Below, piece after piece: positions 1 to 9,117 of a stretch of 64,000 nt of DNA. The notes under the pieces were generated by a model. It did not search any database, had not been told where the DNA came from, and saw only the letters and a list, made by a program, of their open reading frames with translations. The DNA is taken from assembly GCA_017621885.1 (NCBI GenBank), contig JAGASD010000048.1, forward strand, positions 7,013 through 71,012, written 5' to 3'. A program made the position numbers and the translations under genes. The stretch comes from Clostridia bacterium (GTDB lineage: Bacteria; Bacillota; Clostridia; Oscillospirales; Acutalibacteraceae). Within the stretch, counting starts at the first letter, position 1. The number at the start of each line of letters is the position of its first letter.

Positions 1-144
1 GATATGTATGAAAAACGCTTATTTCTTTGTAAAAGCTGCGATAATCTTATTTCGGGCGTTTGTATGAAATGCGGATGCTACGTTGAATTCAGGGCAGCGT
101 TTTTAAAACAAAAATGTCCCGATGTCGGAGACAGAAAGTGGTAA
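1..144 (+). CDS. 3' end of a Cys-rich protein CDS entering from upstream (partial)
   Basis: Frame 1 is open from base 1 to TAA at 142-144. The tail ...LFLCKSCDNLISGVCMKCGCYVEF...KCPD has paired Cys motifs. No family assigned. Confidence 0.3.
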   Translation, partial: DMYEKRLFLCKSCDNLISGVCMKCGCYVEFRAAFLKQKCPDVGDRKW

Positions 145-1339
145 TATGTCAATAAAGAATAACTACAATCATACTGTCTTTGCCTGTTATTTCGGATATG
201 TTGTTCAGGCAATAGTAAATAATTTTGCGCCCCTTTTGTTTCTTACCTTTAGGAGCGAATTCGGTATACCTTTAGAGAAAATAACATCACTTATTACAAT
301 TAATTTCCTTTTTCAGTTGGTTGTGGATGTTATTGCCGCAAAGGTCGTTGACAAAATAGGTTACAGAAAATGCATTGTTGCGGCACAGCTTTTTTCAGCT
401 TTAGGTATTGCGGGACTCGGTGTTTTCCCGAGCATTATGCCGGACCCGTATTACGGCTTGCTTATCTCTATTCTTTTGTATGCAACGGGTGGGGGACTTA
501 TTGAAGTTCTTGTAAGCCCAATTGTTGAAGCGTGTCCTATTAAAGCAAAAAAAGCAGCAATGAGCCTTCTTCATTCCTTCTATTGCTGGGGACACTTGTT
601 TGTTGTGCTTTTATCAACGTTATTTTTCACAGTGTTCGGTATTGAAAACTGGCGTATACTCGCAATTGTGTGGGCAGTAATTCCGTTTTTGAATACATTC
701 TATTTTGCAAAAGTACCCATTGCACACCTGACGGAAGAAGGGGAGCAAATACCCGTCAGAAGGCTCTTTTCTTCAAAACAGTTTTTACTTTTCATTCTTG
801 TTATGGTTTGTGCAGGTGCATCAGAGCAGGGTATGAGCCAATGGGCTTCAACCTTTGCGGAAGCAGGCCTTAACGTTTCAAAAACAGTTGGCGACCTTGC
901 CGGTCCCAGCCTTTTTGCAATAACAATGGGCGTTTCACGTGTTATTTATTCAAAAATAAGTGAAAAGGTTGACCTTTCAAAATATATGACGGGATGCGCG
1001 ATGCTTTGTATAACAGCGTATGTAATTGCAGCTTTTTCGGGTAATCCCGCATTTTCCTTATTCGGTTGTGCAATGTGCGGTTTTTCTGTTGGTGTTATGT
1101 GGCCGGGTGCTTTTTCACTCGCTTCAGAAACCTTCCCGAAAGGCGGTACGGCAATGTTCGCTTTTCTTGCCCTTGCAGGCGATTTCGGTTGCTCCTTCGG
1201 TCCAACGGTTGTAGGTGTTGCAACGGATATTTTAAATGACGACATAAAACGCGGTGTGTTCGCTGCGGTAATTTTCCCCATATTACTGATTGTTTCGTTA
1301 TTTATAATGAAACAATCAAAAACTAAAAATAAAGAGTAA
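122..1339 (+). CDS. MFS-type transporter
   Basis: 405-aa ORF, hydrophobic throughout with about 12 predicted helices and an MFS-like layout. The start could be ATG 146, just after the upstream stop, rather than 122. Confidence 0.75.
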   Translation: MSETESGNMSIKNNYNHTVFACYFGYVVQAIVNNFAPLLFLTFRSEFGIPLEKITSLITINFLFQLVVDVIAAKVVDKIGYRKCIVAAQLFSALGIAGLGVFPSIMPDPYYGLLISILLYATGGGLIEVLVSPIVEACPIKAKKAAMSLLHSFYCWGHLFVVLLSTLFFTVFGIENWRILAIVWAVIPFLNTFYFAKVPIAHLTEEGEQIPVRRLFSSKQFLLFILVMVCAGASEQGMSQWASTFAEAGLNVSKTVGDLAGPSLFAITMGVSRVIYSKISEKVDLSKYMTGCAMLCITAYVIAAFSGNPAFSLFGCAMCGFSVGVMWPGAFSLASETFPKGGTAMFAFLALAGDFGCSFGPTVVGVATDILNDDIKRGVFAAVIFPILLIVSLFIMKQSKTKNKE

Positions 1340-1385
1340 AAATAAAAACAGTTATGAGTCCGCGGATTCATAACTGTTTTTTATG

Positions 1386-2702
1386 TTAAAAAGATTTTGT
1401 TTTTAACGGCTTATGGAAAACCGGTTTCTTTTCGCCTGCGTTGAACATTTCTCTTGAAAGCAGATTTCGCATTTGGCAAAGAACCTTTTCATAATTCCCG
1501 TTTTTAACAAGGTTATTTTTCTCGCAAGGATCGTTTTCCAAATCGTAAAGATAATCGTCAAAATAGTGGGTTGCACGGGGCTTGTGCCAGCCTGAACCTA
1601 TTGCCTTAGCGGAGTATTTCCATTTTTTTGTGCGAACTGCTCTGCCGATATGAGATTCACTTATCTGCACAAAAACACAATCTCTTTCGGGAACATCATC
1701 TTTGTTAACGGGGAGAATGTTACCCGAGTAACTTTCGGGAACAGGGATTCCTGCAAGGTCAAGGATCGTGGGCGGAATGTCAATAAGGCTTGTAAGGCAA
1801 TCAAAATTTTTGCCTTTTGTTACCGCACCGCCGCCGAACACAAGGGGAGTGTGTATGCTCGACTCATGACAACTGCGTTTATATTCAGAATTACGGGTTT
1901 TAAAATGACAACCGTGGTCGCTTGTGTAAATGATAACAGTATTATCATATAGCCCTTTCTCTTTCAGAGCTTTTATAAGCTTACCCACATTTTCATCAAG
2001 CCTGTTTACTGCCGCTATGTAATCGGGGTATTCCTTTTCATAGTCACCTTTAAGGAACGATAAATCCTCGGGAATAGGATAATTGCGGTATTTTTCAACA
2101 GTTTCAATAGGCCCTTCAAAATGACCTCTGTCGTTCTGATGATGAGGCTCAAGCTGTGAAATGAACATAAAGAATGGTTTTTTGTTGTTGTGATTGTTTA
2201 TATATTCAACCGCAAAATCATTAATACAGTCTGCTCTGTAGCCTGTAAAATCAATTTTGTTACCATCTTCATCAAACACATATCCGTCATAGCCGTGTGA
2301 TGTGAATTCCAAAACATCCGCACCGCGCCAATATTTGTAACCGCCTTGTTTTTCTTTAGGAATTGCGGTCTTTTCACAATGTATCCCTTTCAGCGGAGAA
2401 CGGTCAGAGGCTAAGTGCCATTTGCCGATATATGCAGTATCATAGCCGTTTTCATTAAAATAATCGGCGAGAGTTTTTGTATCATTATCTAACGGGATAC
2501 CGTTCCGGTAGCATTTGTTTTGGGTAGCATATTTTCCCGTTTGCAAACAAGCCCTTGCAGGACCGCATACAGGCTGACAGGTAAAGGAATTTTCAAACAA
2601 CACACCTTCTTCACCCAATTCCCACACGTTAGGCATAAGCTCTTCTGTAAGTGTATCCCATCTTTGTTGATCGGAGAAATAAAAAATAATGTTTGGTTGC
2701 AT
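1386..2702 (-). CDS. Cys-type sulfatase (formylglycine-dependent arylsulfatase family)
   Basis: Motifs FYFSDQQRWD, the C-x-P-x-R signature in CQPVCGPARACLQTGKY, and TSDHGCHF. Start placed at ATG 2702 (MQPNIIFYF), which has GAGGTGA 5 nt upstream. The ORF track extends to 2741. Confidence 0.85.
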   Translation of the reverse strand: MQPNIIFYFSDQQRWDTLTEELMPNVWELGEEGVLFENSFTCQPVCGPARACLQTGKYATQNKCYRNGIPLDNDTKTLADYFNENGYDTAYIGKWHLASDRSPLKGIHCEKTAIPKEKQGGYKYWRGADVLEFTSHGYDGYVFDEDGNKIDFTGYRADCINDFAVEYINNHNNKKPFFMFISQLEPHHQNDRGHFEGPIETVEKYRNYPIPEDLSFLKGDYEKEYPDYIAAVNRLDENVGKLIKALKEKGLYDNTVIIYTSDHGCHFKTRNSEYKRSCHESSIHTPLVFGGGAVTKGKNFDCLTSLIDIPPTILDLAGIPVPESYSGNILPVNKDDVPERDCVFVQISESHIGRAVRTKKWKYSAKAIGSGWHKPRATHYFDDYLYDLENDPCEKNNLVKNGNYEKVLCQMRNLLSREMFNAGEKKPVFHKPLKTKSF

Positions 2703-2725
2703 AGTATCACCTCGGTATGTGTTAA

Positions 2726-2898
2726 ATGATATATCACTCACGCGATATGATATACGGCGTTGCCTTATGATATATTTTCACTTTGTGAAAATGTGATATG
2801 ATATCCGTTCCTTTATATGCCGAAGGCATATATCACCTGCGATAGCGGAAATCATATCAAAGATATATCACCCGTTCCGCAAGGAACGGATATCATTG
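2726..2898. repeat. Cluster of short GATATGATAT / ATATATCAC-type repeats in the sulfatase upstream region
   Basis: ATATATCAC occurs directly three times (about 2729, 2828, 2863). GATATGATAT occurs twice (about 2744, 2799) plus once inverted as ATCATATC (about 2852). Two small hairpins lie at 2813-2831 and 2872-2889. Confidence 0.6.
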
Positions 2899-2935
2899 AA
2901 AAAGACATCAATCGTAAAACGATTGATGTCTTTTT
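2899..2935. terminator. Bidirectional intrinsic terminator next to the tRNA
   Basis: GACATCAATCG-taaaa-CGATTGATGTC (2904-2930), flanked by an A-run and a T-run. Confidence 0.75.
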
Positions 2936-2936
2936 C

Positions 2937-3012
2937 TGGTCCGAGTGGCGAGACTTGAACTCACGGCCTCTTGACCCCCAGTCAAGCGCGCTACCAACTG
3001 CGCCACACCCGG
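2937..3012 (-). tRNA. tRNA-Pro (anticodon GGG), CCA encoded
   Basis: The reverse complement folds by hand as a 76-nt cloverleaf. Acceptor is CCGGGTG/CACTCGG, D arm GCGC-AGTTGGTA-GCGC, anticodon arm CTTGA-CTGGGGG-TCAAG and T arm GTGAG-TTCAAGT-CTCGC, ending ACCA. Confidence 0.9.
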
Positions 3013-3114
3013 ATAACGAATGATATAATATCATATCGTTACGCATTTTGCAAGTGTTTTTTTATATTTTTCCGGAAAAATTTCAAAAATGTTTTTTTGC
3101 ATATATTTATTGCA

Positions 3115-4788
3115 TTAAGCAGGTGTTATTTCATAAAAAACTACCGAATGAGGCTCAAGTGTAATGTTAAGTGTGATTTTACCATCTTTTGCAACCATTT
3201 GTGTTTCTGTTGGTGTTAATTTTGAGCATTCAGTGTATTTTGAATATAACTCGTCAAAATAAACATTTCTTGCATTTTCATCAGTAAGTGTAACCGTTGA
3301 ATCAATCTGCGGGTCTTCGGGTGACCAACTGAAGCAATCGTCTGTAATGTTATAAGTTTTTCTGTCTTCTAACCATTCATCAAAATAGTTGCAGTCATCG
3401 TTTATTACGTAAGCTTTAACGTTAACGTTTTTACCGTTGAATTGGGGGGCGTTTATTTCAAACGTCATTTCTGTTGATGTTTTGTAATCAACATCGTTTT
3501 TAAAATTATATGACATAACGTGGAGTGTGTTTGTTTTTTCGTTGAATGCAGAAACTGTATCAACATCCGAGCCTAAAATAACACCGGATTTTGTTTTGTC
3601 GGTTGTAGCGAGCTTTGCTCCCGTAAATTTTGCAGCATTTTGTGCTACGTGATAGCTTACCGTGGGGTTGCCGCTTAAAAATCCGCCCGAAAGATAAGAC
3701 CAGGCTGAAAAATATGCAATATCGTTATTGAACATCTGAGCAATAAGTCTTGCATCGTAAGCAGCTTGATATGTATATCCGCAGGTTCTGGTAAGTAATT
3801 CATCACTGTCTTTACCGCTGGTGTTGCCTACGAGAAGTCTTCCCTCGTCAACACCGTAAATAAGGTCGTTAAGTCCTACGCTTTCGGCTGTTTCGCGAAG
3901 ATATTCAACACTTTCGGGCAAGGTTTTACCCTCTGTGTATTCACCGGGGGCGTAGTCATAAAAGCTCGTTGCAAGGTAACAAACACGAGTGCCTTTTTTA
4001 CCTGTTTTGTAGTTTGTTCCCTCACCGCAGTGCTTGATAAATTCCGCTTCATCCCAAAGCCCTTCTGTTACTGTCATTGAGTGAGCACCGACAAACACAT
4101 TTTCACCTATTACTTCCTGCAATGCGGTTACGGAATAATCGTAAAGCTTGCAATAAGCCTCGCAGGATGCTTCGGGATCTTCGTTCTGTGCTAAGAACCA
4201 ATCTGCGTTTTCGTATTCGGTCATAACACCGAATCGCCATTTTAAAACTTCTTCTTTACCGAATTCTTTTACAAGAGCCGTTGCCATTGCGTGGATATAA
4301 TCATAATAAACATTATAATCATCAGGGGGATACGGGTTCATACCGAACCCTCTTTCCGTTGTAGCATCCTTTGTGAATTTAAGAGGGACACTACCGAGCT
4401 TTAACATAGGTTTTGCGCCTAAATTCAGCACACCGCGACAGTTGTCGATAAGCAACGTGAAATCGTAATCATTAAGGACGGTTTTATTGTTAGGATCTTT
4501 AAAGAGATCACGCGCCTCGGTACCGCCGGTACATTGCATAAACTGAACGTATTCAACAAATTCGAAAATATTATTTTCTTTGTTGACTGTTGCATCCTTG
4601 AAGGGGTTGCCTTCAATTGACCAGATATTAACGTTGTTTACAACGTTATGCAATGTATTGCCTGTTGCAGAGGTATCAATGCTGAAGGTGTATTTGTTAA
4701 AAATACCGCTGGCAATAAGACCGAAAGCACCACCGAATATAACGGCGATAACAAGTACAACACAAATAACTTTTTTCAATGTCTTCAT
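3115..4788 (-). CDS. Membrane-anchored or secreted glycoside-hydrolase-like protein (clan GH-A/GH39-like TIM barrel, tentative)
   Basis: 557 aa with an N-terminal hydrophobic anchor. WRFGVMTEYEN resembles the GH39 acid/base segment. The C-terminal part looks like a beta-sandwich. Family call is tentative. Confidence 0.5.
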   Translation of the reverse strand: MKTLKKVICVVLVIAVIFGGAFGLIASGIFNKYTFSIDTSATGNTLHNVVNNVNIWSIEGNPFKDATVNKENNIFEFVEYVQFMQCTGGTEARDLFKDPNNKTVLNDYDFTLLIDNCRGVLNLGAKPMLKLGSVPLKFTKDATTERGFGMNPYPPDDYNVYYDYIHAMATALVKEFGKEEVLKWRFGVMTEYENADWFLAQNEDPEASCEAYCKLYDYSVTALQEVIGENVFVGAHSMTVTEGLWDEAEFIKHCGEGTNYKTGKKGTRVCYLATSFYDYAPGEYTEGKTLPESVEYLRETAESVGLNDLIYGVDEGRLLVGNTSGKDSDELLTRTCGYTYQAAYDARLIAQMFNNDIAYFSAWSYLSGGFLSGNPTVSYHVAQNAAKFTGAKLATTDKTKSGVILGSDVDTVSAFNEKTNTLHVMSYNFKNDVDYKTSTEMTFEINAPQFNGKNVNVKAYVINDDCNYFDEWLEDRKTYNITDDCFSWSPEDPQIDSTVTLTDENARNVYFDELYSKYTECSKLTPTETQMVAKDGKITLNITLEPHSVVFYEITPA

Positions 4789-4926
4789 AATCGTCTCTCC
4801 TTTTTGAAAATGACTTATAAGATAAATTTAACACGAAAACCATCATTTTTCAATATAAATTCATATGATTAAGAATAAAATGTATACAAATACAGGGATG
4901 GAATATTTATGGCAGGTGTTTTTTAA

Positions 4927-5916
4927 ATGCTGGAAATGACAAGTATTGTTCTCACAATTATTGTGATTTATGTGAACGGGTTAACTGATGCCCCCAATTC
5001 TGTTGCAACTTGTATAACAACGGGATGTATGTCATTAAAAAGCGCGGTTTTTATGTCGGCTGTTTTTAACTTTATAGGCGTTGTTGTAATGACTCTTACA
5101 AATTCATCTGTTGCAAAAACAATTCTGACTATGGTCGATTTCGGCGATAATACCGAAAGGGCAGGTGTTGCTGTTGCAGCTTCGCTTTTTTCTATTGTTT
5201 TGTGGGCGGTAATAGCCTGGTGGTTCGGTATTCCAACAAGTGAAAGCCACGCCCTTGTTGCAGGTGTCTCAGGGGGCGCAATAGCCATAAATAACAGTTT
5301 TGAGGGAATTAACCCCACCGAATGGCTAAAGGCCGTCTACGGGCTTTTTACGTCTTGCTTAGGCGGTTTCATTTTAGGCTTTTTGATTTGTAAATTTGTT
5401 ATTGTTGTTTTCAGAAATGTAAAAAAAAGCAAAAGTAACCGTTTTTTTAAAACAGCGGAAATTATCGCTGCAGCTTCAATGAGCTTTATGCACGGTGCTC
5501 AGGACGGGCAGAAGTTTTTTGCCGTGTTTACAATGTGTGCAGGTATAAGTGGCGGAGGTGGCAATAATCTGTTTTTAGTTATGCTTTGCGCACTTGTGAT
5601 GGGTTTAGGAACAGCAACGGGCGGTAAAAAAATCATAAAATCCGTTGGAATGGATATGGTGAAGCTTGAAAAATATCAGGGCTTTTCTGCTGATGCCGCA
5701 TCATCTGTTGCGTTGCTTTTAAGTACGGTTCTCGGATTTCCCGTTTCCACAACCCACGCAAAAACAACTGCGATGATGGGGGCAGGGGCGGCAAAAAACA
5801 AACGCTCGCTGAACACCTCTGTTATTAAGGATATAGCGTTAACGTGGCTGTTGACCTTCCCGGGTTGCGGTATTCTTGGATTTGCAACCACAAAACTCTT
5901 TTTGCGGATTTTTTAA
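4927..5916 (+). CDS. Inorganic phosphate transporter, PiT family
   Basis: Duplicated PiT signatures NGLTDAPNSVAT and FMHGAQDGQKF in a polytopic membrane protein. Confidence 0.85.
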   Translation: MLEMTSIVLTIIVIYVNGLTDAPNSVATCITTGCMSLKSAVFMSAVFNFIGVVVMTLTNSSVAKTILTMVDFGDNTERAGVAVAASLFSIVLWAVIAWWFGIPTSESHALVAGVSGGAIAINNSFEGINPTEWLKAVYGLFTSCLGGFILGFLICKFVIVVFRNVKKSKSNRFFKTAEIIAAASMSFMHGAQDGQKFFAVFTMCAGISGGGGNNLFLVMLCALVMGLGTATGGKKIIKSVGMDMVKLEKYQGFSADAASSVALLLSTVLGFPVSTTHAKTTAMMGAGAAKNKRSLNTSVIKDIALTWLLTFPGCGILGFATTKLFLRIF

Positions 5917-5932
5917 TAAAGAACCAATAAAC

Positions 5933-5961
5933 TTGACAATAAGTGGTAAAAATAATAAAAT
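5933..5961 (+). promoter_or_regulatory. Sigma-A-like promoter for the ligase gene
   Basis: TTGACA (5933-5938), 17-nt spacer, TAAAAT (5956-5961). Confidence 0.5.
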
Positions 5962-6010
5962 AAATGTGTATGTATTAAATTGTATCGATGCTTTGAAAGG
6001 AATTTCGTTT

Positions 6011-7942
6011 ATGATAAAGCCTGAAAACAGAAGCTGTTATGAATTCTTTTGTGACTGTACAAAGGATTTCGGGGTTTATGACGTTGCTGAGAGCTTCGGC
6101 AATCTTGTGAGCCGAAAAAAAATTGTAAGAGATATTGAAGCTATTGCAGGTTATCTTGACAGTAAAAATGTTAAAAAAGGGGACGTTGTTACACTTTTTC
6201 TTCCCAATACAGTGCAGAGCTTTGCGGCGTTTTATGCAATCAACCGAATCGGTGCAATTGCTAATATTGTGCATCCTCTCACTCCGCCCGACGTGCTTGA
6301 AGAAATACTCAAAAATACTCATTCAAAGGCGATTTTTATTCTTGATATAATTATGGAAAAATACGTAAGCACGTTAAGAAAAATGATCAAGCCTGTAATA
6401 ATTTGTTCACCCTCGGATTACGTGTCTCCGGTTAAGCGCCCCGCATTCAAGATTTACGAAAAGGTTAAGGTTAAGGAGAAGATTCCTTCTTCAACAACAG
6501 CCTCATACCACACAATCTGCCACCTTAATTTTCAGGCACCCAAGCTTCAGAGCAACGGTGATGATATTGCGGTTTTCCTTCACGGCGGCGGTACAACCGG
6601 TAAAAGCAAGACTATCAGACTTACAAACAAAAATCTTAACGAGCTTGCTTATAAATTAAGCTTTTTTGATGCCCCTCATGCTCCCGGTGCGGAGTGTTCA
6701 CTTGCTGTGCTTCCGATGTTCCACGCATTCGGACTCGGTGTTGTGATGCATTTCAGTATGTGTGCAGGCTTTACTTGTATACCAATGACAAATTTCTCCG
6801 CTGAAAAGGCAAACAGGCTTATTAAAAAGTATAATGTTACTTATATCGTTGGTGTTCCTGCAATGTTCAAAAAGATGTATGATGCACCTAATTTTGACGG
6901 ACCGCATCTCTCTAAGCTTCGTCTTTTGTGGGCCGGCGGCGATTTTATAAGTGATATTTTTCTTAATGCTTTTAACTCAAAGCTTGAAAAATGGCGCGCG
7001 AAGGGTAAGCTTTACAGAGGCTACGGTCTTACGGAGGTTAGCTCTGTTTGTACGGCAAATATCAAAGGCTCATATAAAGAAAATTCAATCGGCAGACCCC
7101 TTGACGGTATGACTGTTGAAATCTGGGATGACGAAAGAAAAAAATTGCCTCCAAACACAATCGGTGAAATTGTTATAAGCGGTTCCACGGTTATGGCAGG
7201 TTATTATAACAGTGAGGATGACGGCGTCTATATTGATGAAAACGGCATCCGATGGGTTTGCTCGGGTGACCTTGGATATATGGACGAAGACGGCTTTGTC
7301 TTCTTTACGGGCAGAAAGAAAAGAATGATTATTATTTCAGGCTATAACGTTTATCCCAATGATATTGAAAACGAGGTTTTAAAGCTTGATTATATAAATG
7401 AGGCTTGCGCAGTACAGGGTTATATTGATACAAAGCCTGTAATAAAGCTTTTTGTTTCGCTTAATCAGCCTACGGACAACCCTGATGAGGTGCGTAAATG
7501 TATTAAAGAATATTGTGACAGTAAGCTTGAAAGGTTTTCAAGACCCAGTTCTGTTACAATTCTTGATGCGCTTCCGAGAACACGTATGGCTAAAATTGAC
7601 TTTATGAAGCTTACGGATACACCGCCTGCGCCTTCTCCTACAAAAAAGGAAATCCGTGAGGAGCGAAAGGCGAAGCGAGACGTGGAAAAAGCGGCTGAAA
7701 AAGCGGGCAGGGAAGCAGAAAGACAAGAAAAAGAAGAGCGCGAAGCAGCAGAAAAAGCCAATCGCGAGAATCAGAAAAAGACAGAAAAAGAAATCCGCGA
7801 TGAGCGCAAGGCAAAGCGTGATGCTGAAAAAACTGCCAGAAAAACAAATAAGGAAGCGGAAAAACAAGAGAACAGTGAATCTGAAACGGCAGAAGAGACG
7901 GTTCGCGATAATCAGAAAAAATCGGAGGAAAACAATGGCTGA
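6011..7942 (+). CDS. AMP-dependent synthetase/ligase (acyl-CoA synthetase family) with a Lys/Glu-rich repeat tail
   Basis: Motifs GGGTTGKSKT, GYGLTE and GDLGYMDEDGFVFFTGRKKRMII. Start placed at ATG 6011 (AAAGGA upstream) because the track start at 5876 overlaps the PiT gene. Confidence 0.8.
   Translation: MIKPENRSCYEFFCDCTKDFGVYDVAESFGNLVSRKKIVRDIEAIAGYLDSKNVKKGDVVTLFLPNTVQSFAAFYAINRIGAIANIVHPLTPPDVLEEILKNTHSKAIFILDIIMEKYVSTLRKMIKPVIICSPSDYVSPVKRPAFKIYEKVKVKEKIPSSTTASYHTICHLNFQAPKLQSNGDDIAVFLHGGGTTGKSKTIRLTNKNLNELAYKLSFFDAPHAPGAECSLAVLPMFHAFGLGVVMHFSMCAGFTCIPMTNFSAEKANRLIKKYNVTYIVGVPAMFKKMYDAPNFDGPHLSKLRLLWAGGDFISDIFLNAFNSKLEKWRAKGKLYRGYGLTEVSSVCTANIKGSYKENSIGRPLDGMTVEIWDDERKKLPPNTIGEIVISGSTVMAGYYNSEDDGVYIDENGIRWVCSGDLGYMDEDGFVFFTGRKKRMIIISGYNVYPNDIENEVLKLDYINEACAVQGYIDTKPVIKLFVSLNQPTDNPDEVRKCIKEYCDSKLERFSRPSSVTILDALPRTRMAKIDFMKLTDTPPAPSPTKKEIREERKAKRDVEKAAEKAGREAERQEKEEREAAEKANRENQKKTEKEIRDERKAKRDAEKTARKTNKEAEKQENSESETAEETVRDNQKKSEENNG
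7644..7925 (+). repeat. Tandem 141-nt (47-codon) duplication encoding the K/E-rich tail
   Basis: GAAATCCGTGAG at 7649 matches GAAATCCGCGAT at 7790, and CGCGAGAATCAGAAAAAG at 7763 matches CGCGATAATCAGAAAAAA at 7904. The offset is 141 nt in both cases. Confidence 0.85.
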
Positions 7943-9050
7943 GCGGAATAAAAAAAGTTTGAGTTATAAAATTCAAAAGAACCCTTTTATGTTTGTGCTG
8001 TTAATAATCGTTATTGTAGTTGCATTGTTTGGTGTAATTAACCTTGTACCCGCTATAAAAGAGACCTTTAAAAGCTCTGAAAATGAAACCACGACTAAAG
8101 CGGTTGAAGAAACGGTGGGTGCTACTCAAGAGGATAAAACAATACCTGTAAAAAACGTGAAAAATTATCTTAACACAATTACATCTGTTAAAGCAGAAAA
8201 AACCGACAAGGGTGTTGCGGTTACTGTTGAATTCAAAGATAACGCCTCTCTTCTTAAAGAGCATTCGGCAACCAATGTTAACGCTCCCGGTGTTATTCCC
8301 GTTTTTTGCTTTTATCTTAATGACGGCACACAGCTTAATTGCCCGGGTGAGCTAAAGCTTAACGGTGAAAGAAATTCAGCGGTTTATTATCTTAATGATA
8401 TTACCGATTATGCAAATGTTGTTGCTCTTGTGGAAGAGGTTACCGTAACGAATGAAAACGTTCTTGAGAATAAATTCAACATTTGTCTTCAGAGCAAAAC
8501 ACAGACAATACCTACAAAAACCGTTGTGGGTAATTACGGAAAAAGTATTGAAGAATTAAACAATGCCGCTGAATACAAGGCTAATGCTGTCAGCCTTGCA
8601 GACGGTGTTAAAGAGGTACAGATTGTAAAAAACAGCAAATTTGTATGGCTTGACATTTATTTTGAGGATGAATTATCTTACGTTGAATTAAATAATGATT
8701 TTATCACAAACTTTGTTTGCTTTGGCTTCTCTGAAGGCGGCGCAAATTATAAATACGATTTTATCATCAGCAAAAACGACAGCCTGAATATGATTCGTTG
8801 TAAGTTCGATACTTACTCATTGAAGGTCGTTGCAGATGAAATCGGTAACAGCGCCCTCACAGTTGACGGCTTGTTTACGGATTATCCCATTTCTGTATGG
8901 ACTTCTGACTATGATAACGAGATTGATTTGTTCTGCCTTAACTCAGTAACCGATATTAAGGATAACCTTGATAGCGGCGTTACGGAAGAAAGCACGGATA
9001 CAACACAGGATTCCACTGACGTAGCCGAAACAACAGAGGCAGCCGAATAA
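7935..9050 (+). CDS. Membrane-anchored protein of unknown function with an acidic C-terminal tail
   Basis: ATG 7935 overlaps the ligase stop (ATGGCTGA). One N-terminal TM helix (FMFVLLIIVIVVALFGVINLV). The track ORF from 7656 is an alternate-frame read through the repeat region. Confidence 0.6.
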   Translation: MAERNKKSLSYKIQKNPFMFVLLIIVIVVALFGVINLVPAIKETFKSSENETTTKAVEETVGATQEDKTIPVKNVKNYLNTITSVKAEKTDKGVAVTVEFKDNASLLKEHSATNVNAPGVIPVFCFYLNDGTQLNCPGELKLNGERNSAVYYLNDITDYANVVALVEEVTVTNENVLENKFNICLQSKTQTIPTKTVVGNYGKSIEELNNAAEYKANAVSLADGVKEVQIVKNSKFVWLDIYFEDELSYVELNNDFITNFVCFGFSEGGANYKYDFIISKNDSLNMIRCKFDTYSLKVVADEIGNSALTVDGLFTDYPISVWTSDYDNEIDLFCLNSVTDIKDNLDSGVTEESTDTTQDSTDVAETTEAAE

Positions 9051-9056
9051 TACTAA

Positions 9057-9089
9057 AGACCATTTCCTGAAACGGAAATGGTCTTTTTT
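9057..9089. terminator. Bidirectional intrinsic terminator
   Basis: AGACCATTTCC-tgaaac-GGAAATGGTCT followed by a T-run, between convergent genes. Confidence 0.75.
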
Positions 9090-9117
9090 AATGGTTTATG
9101 ATGCTTTGTTGATTGAG

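Noticed and set aside
2817-3219. ORFs of 64-82 aa overlapping tRNA-Pro and its flanks.
   Set aside because: They overlap a well-formed tRNA and terminator and lack an RBS, so they are treated as chance ORFs.
5876-6010. N-terminal extension of the ligase ORF overlapping the end of the PiT gene.
   Set aside because: The extension overlaps PiT by 41 nt and runs across a good promoter (5933-5961). ATG 6011 has an RBS and starts where family similarity begins.
7465-7976. Three minus-strand ORFs (98, 109 and 112 aa) and the first 93 codons of the 7656..9050 plus-strand ORF.
   Set aside because: All lie over the Lys/Glu-rich 141-nt tandem repeat. Purine-rich low-complexity DNA keeps several frames open. 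The translated products are low-complexity (F/L/S/R-rich) with no RBS, and the ligase frame accounts for the region.
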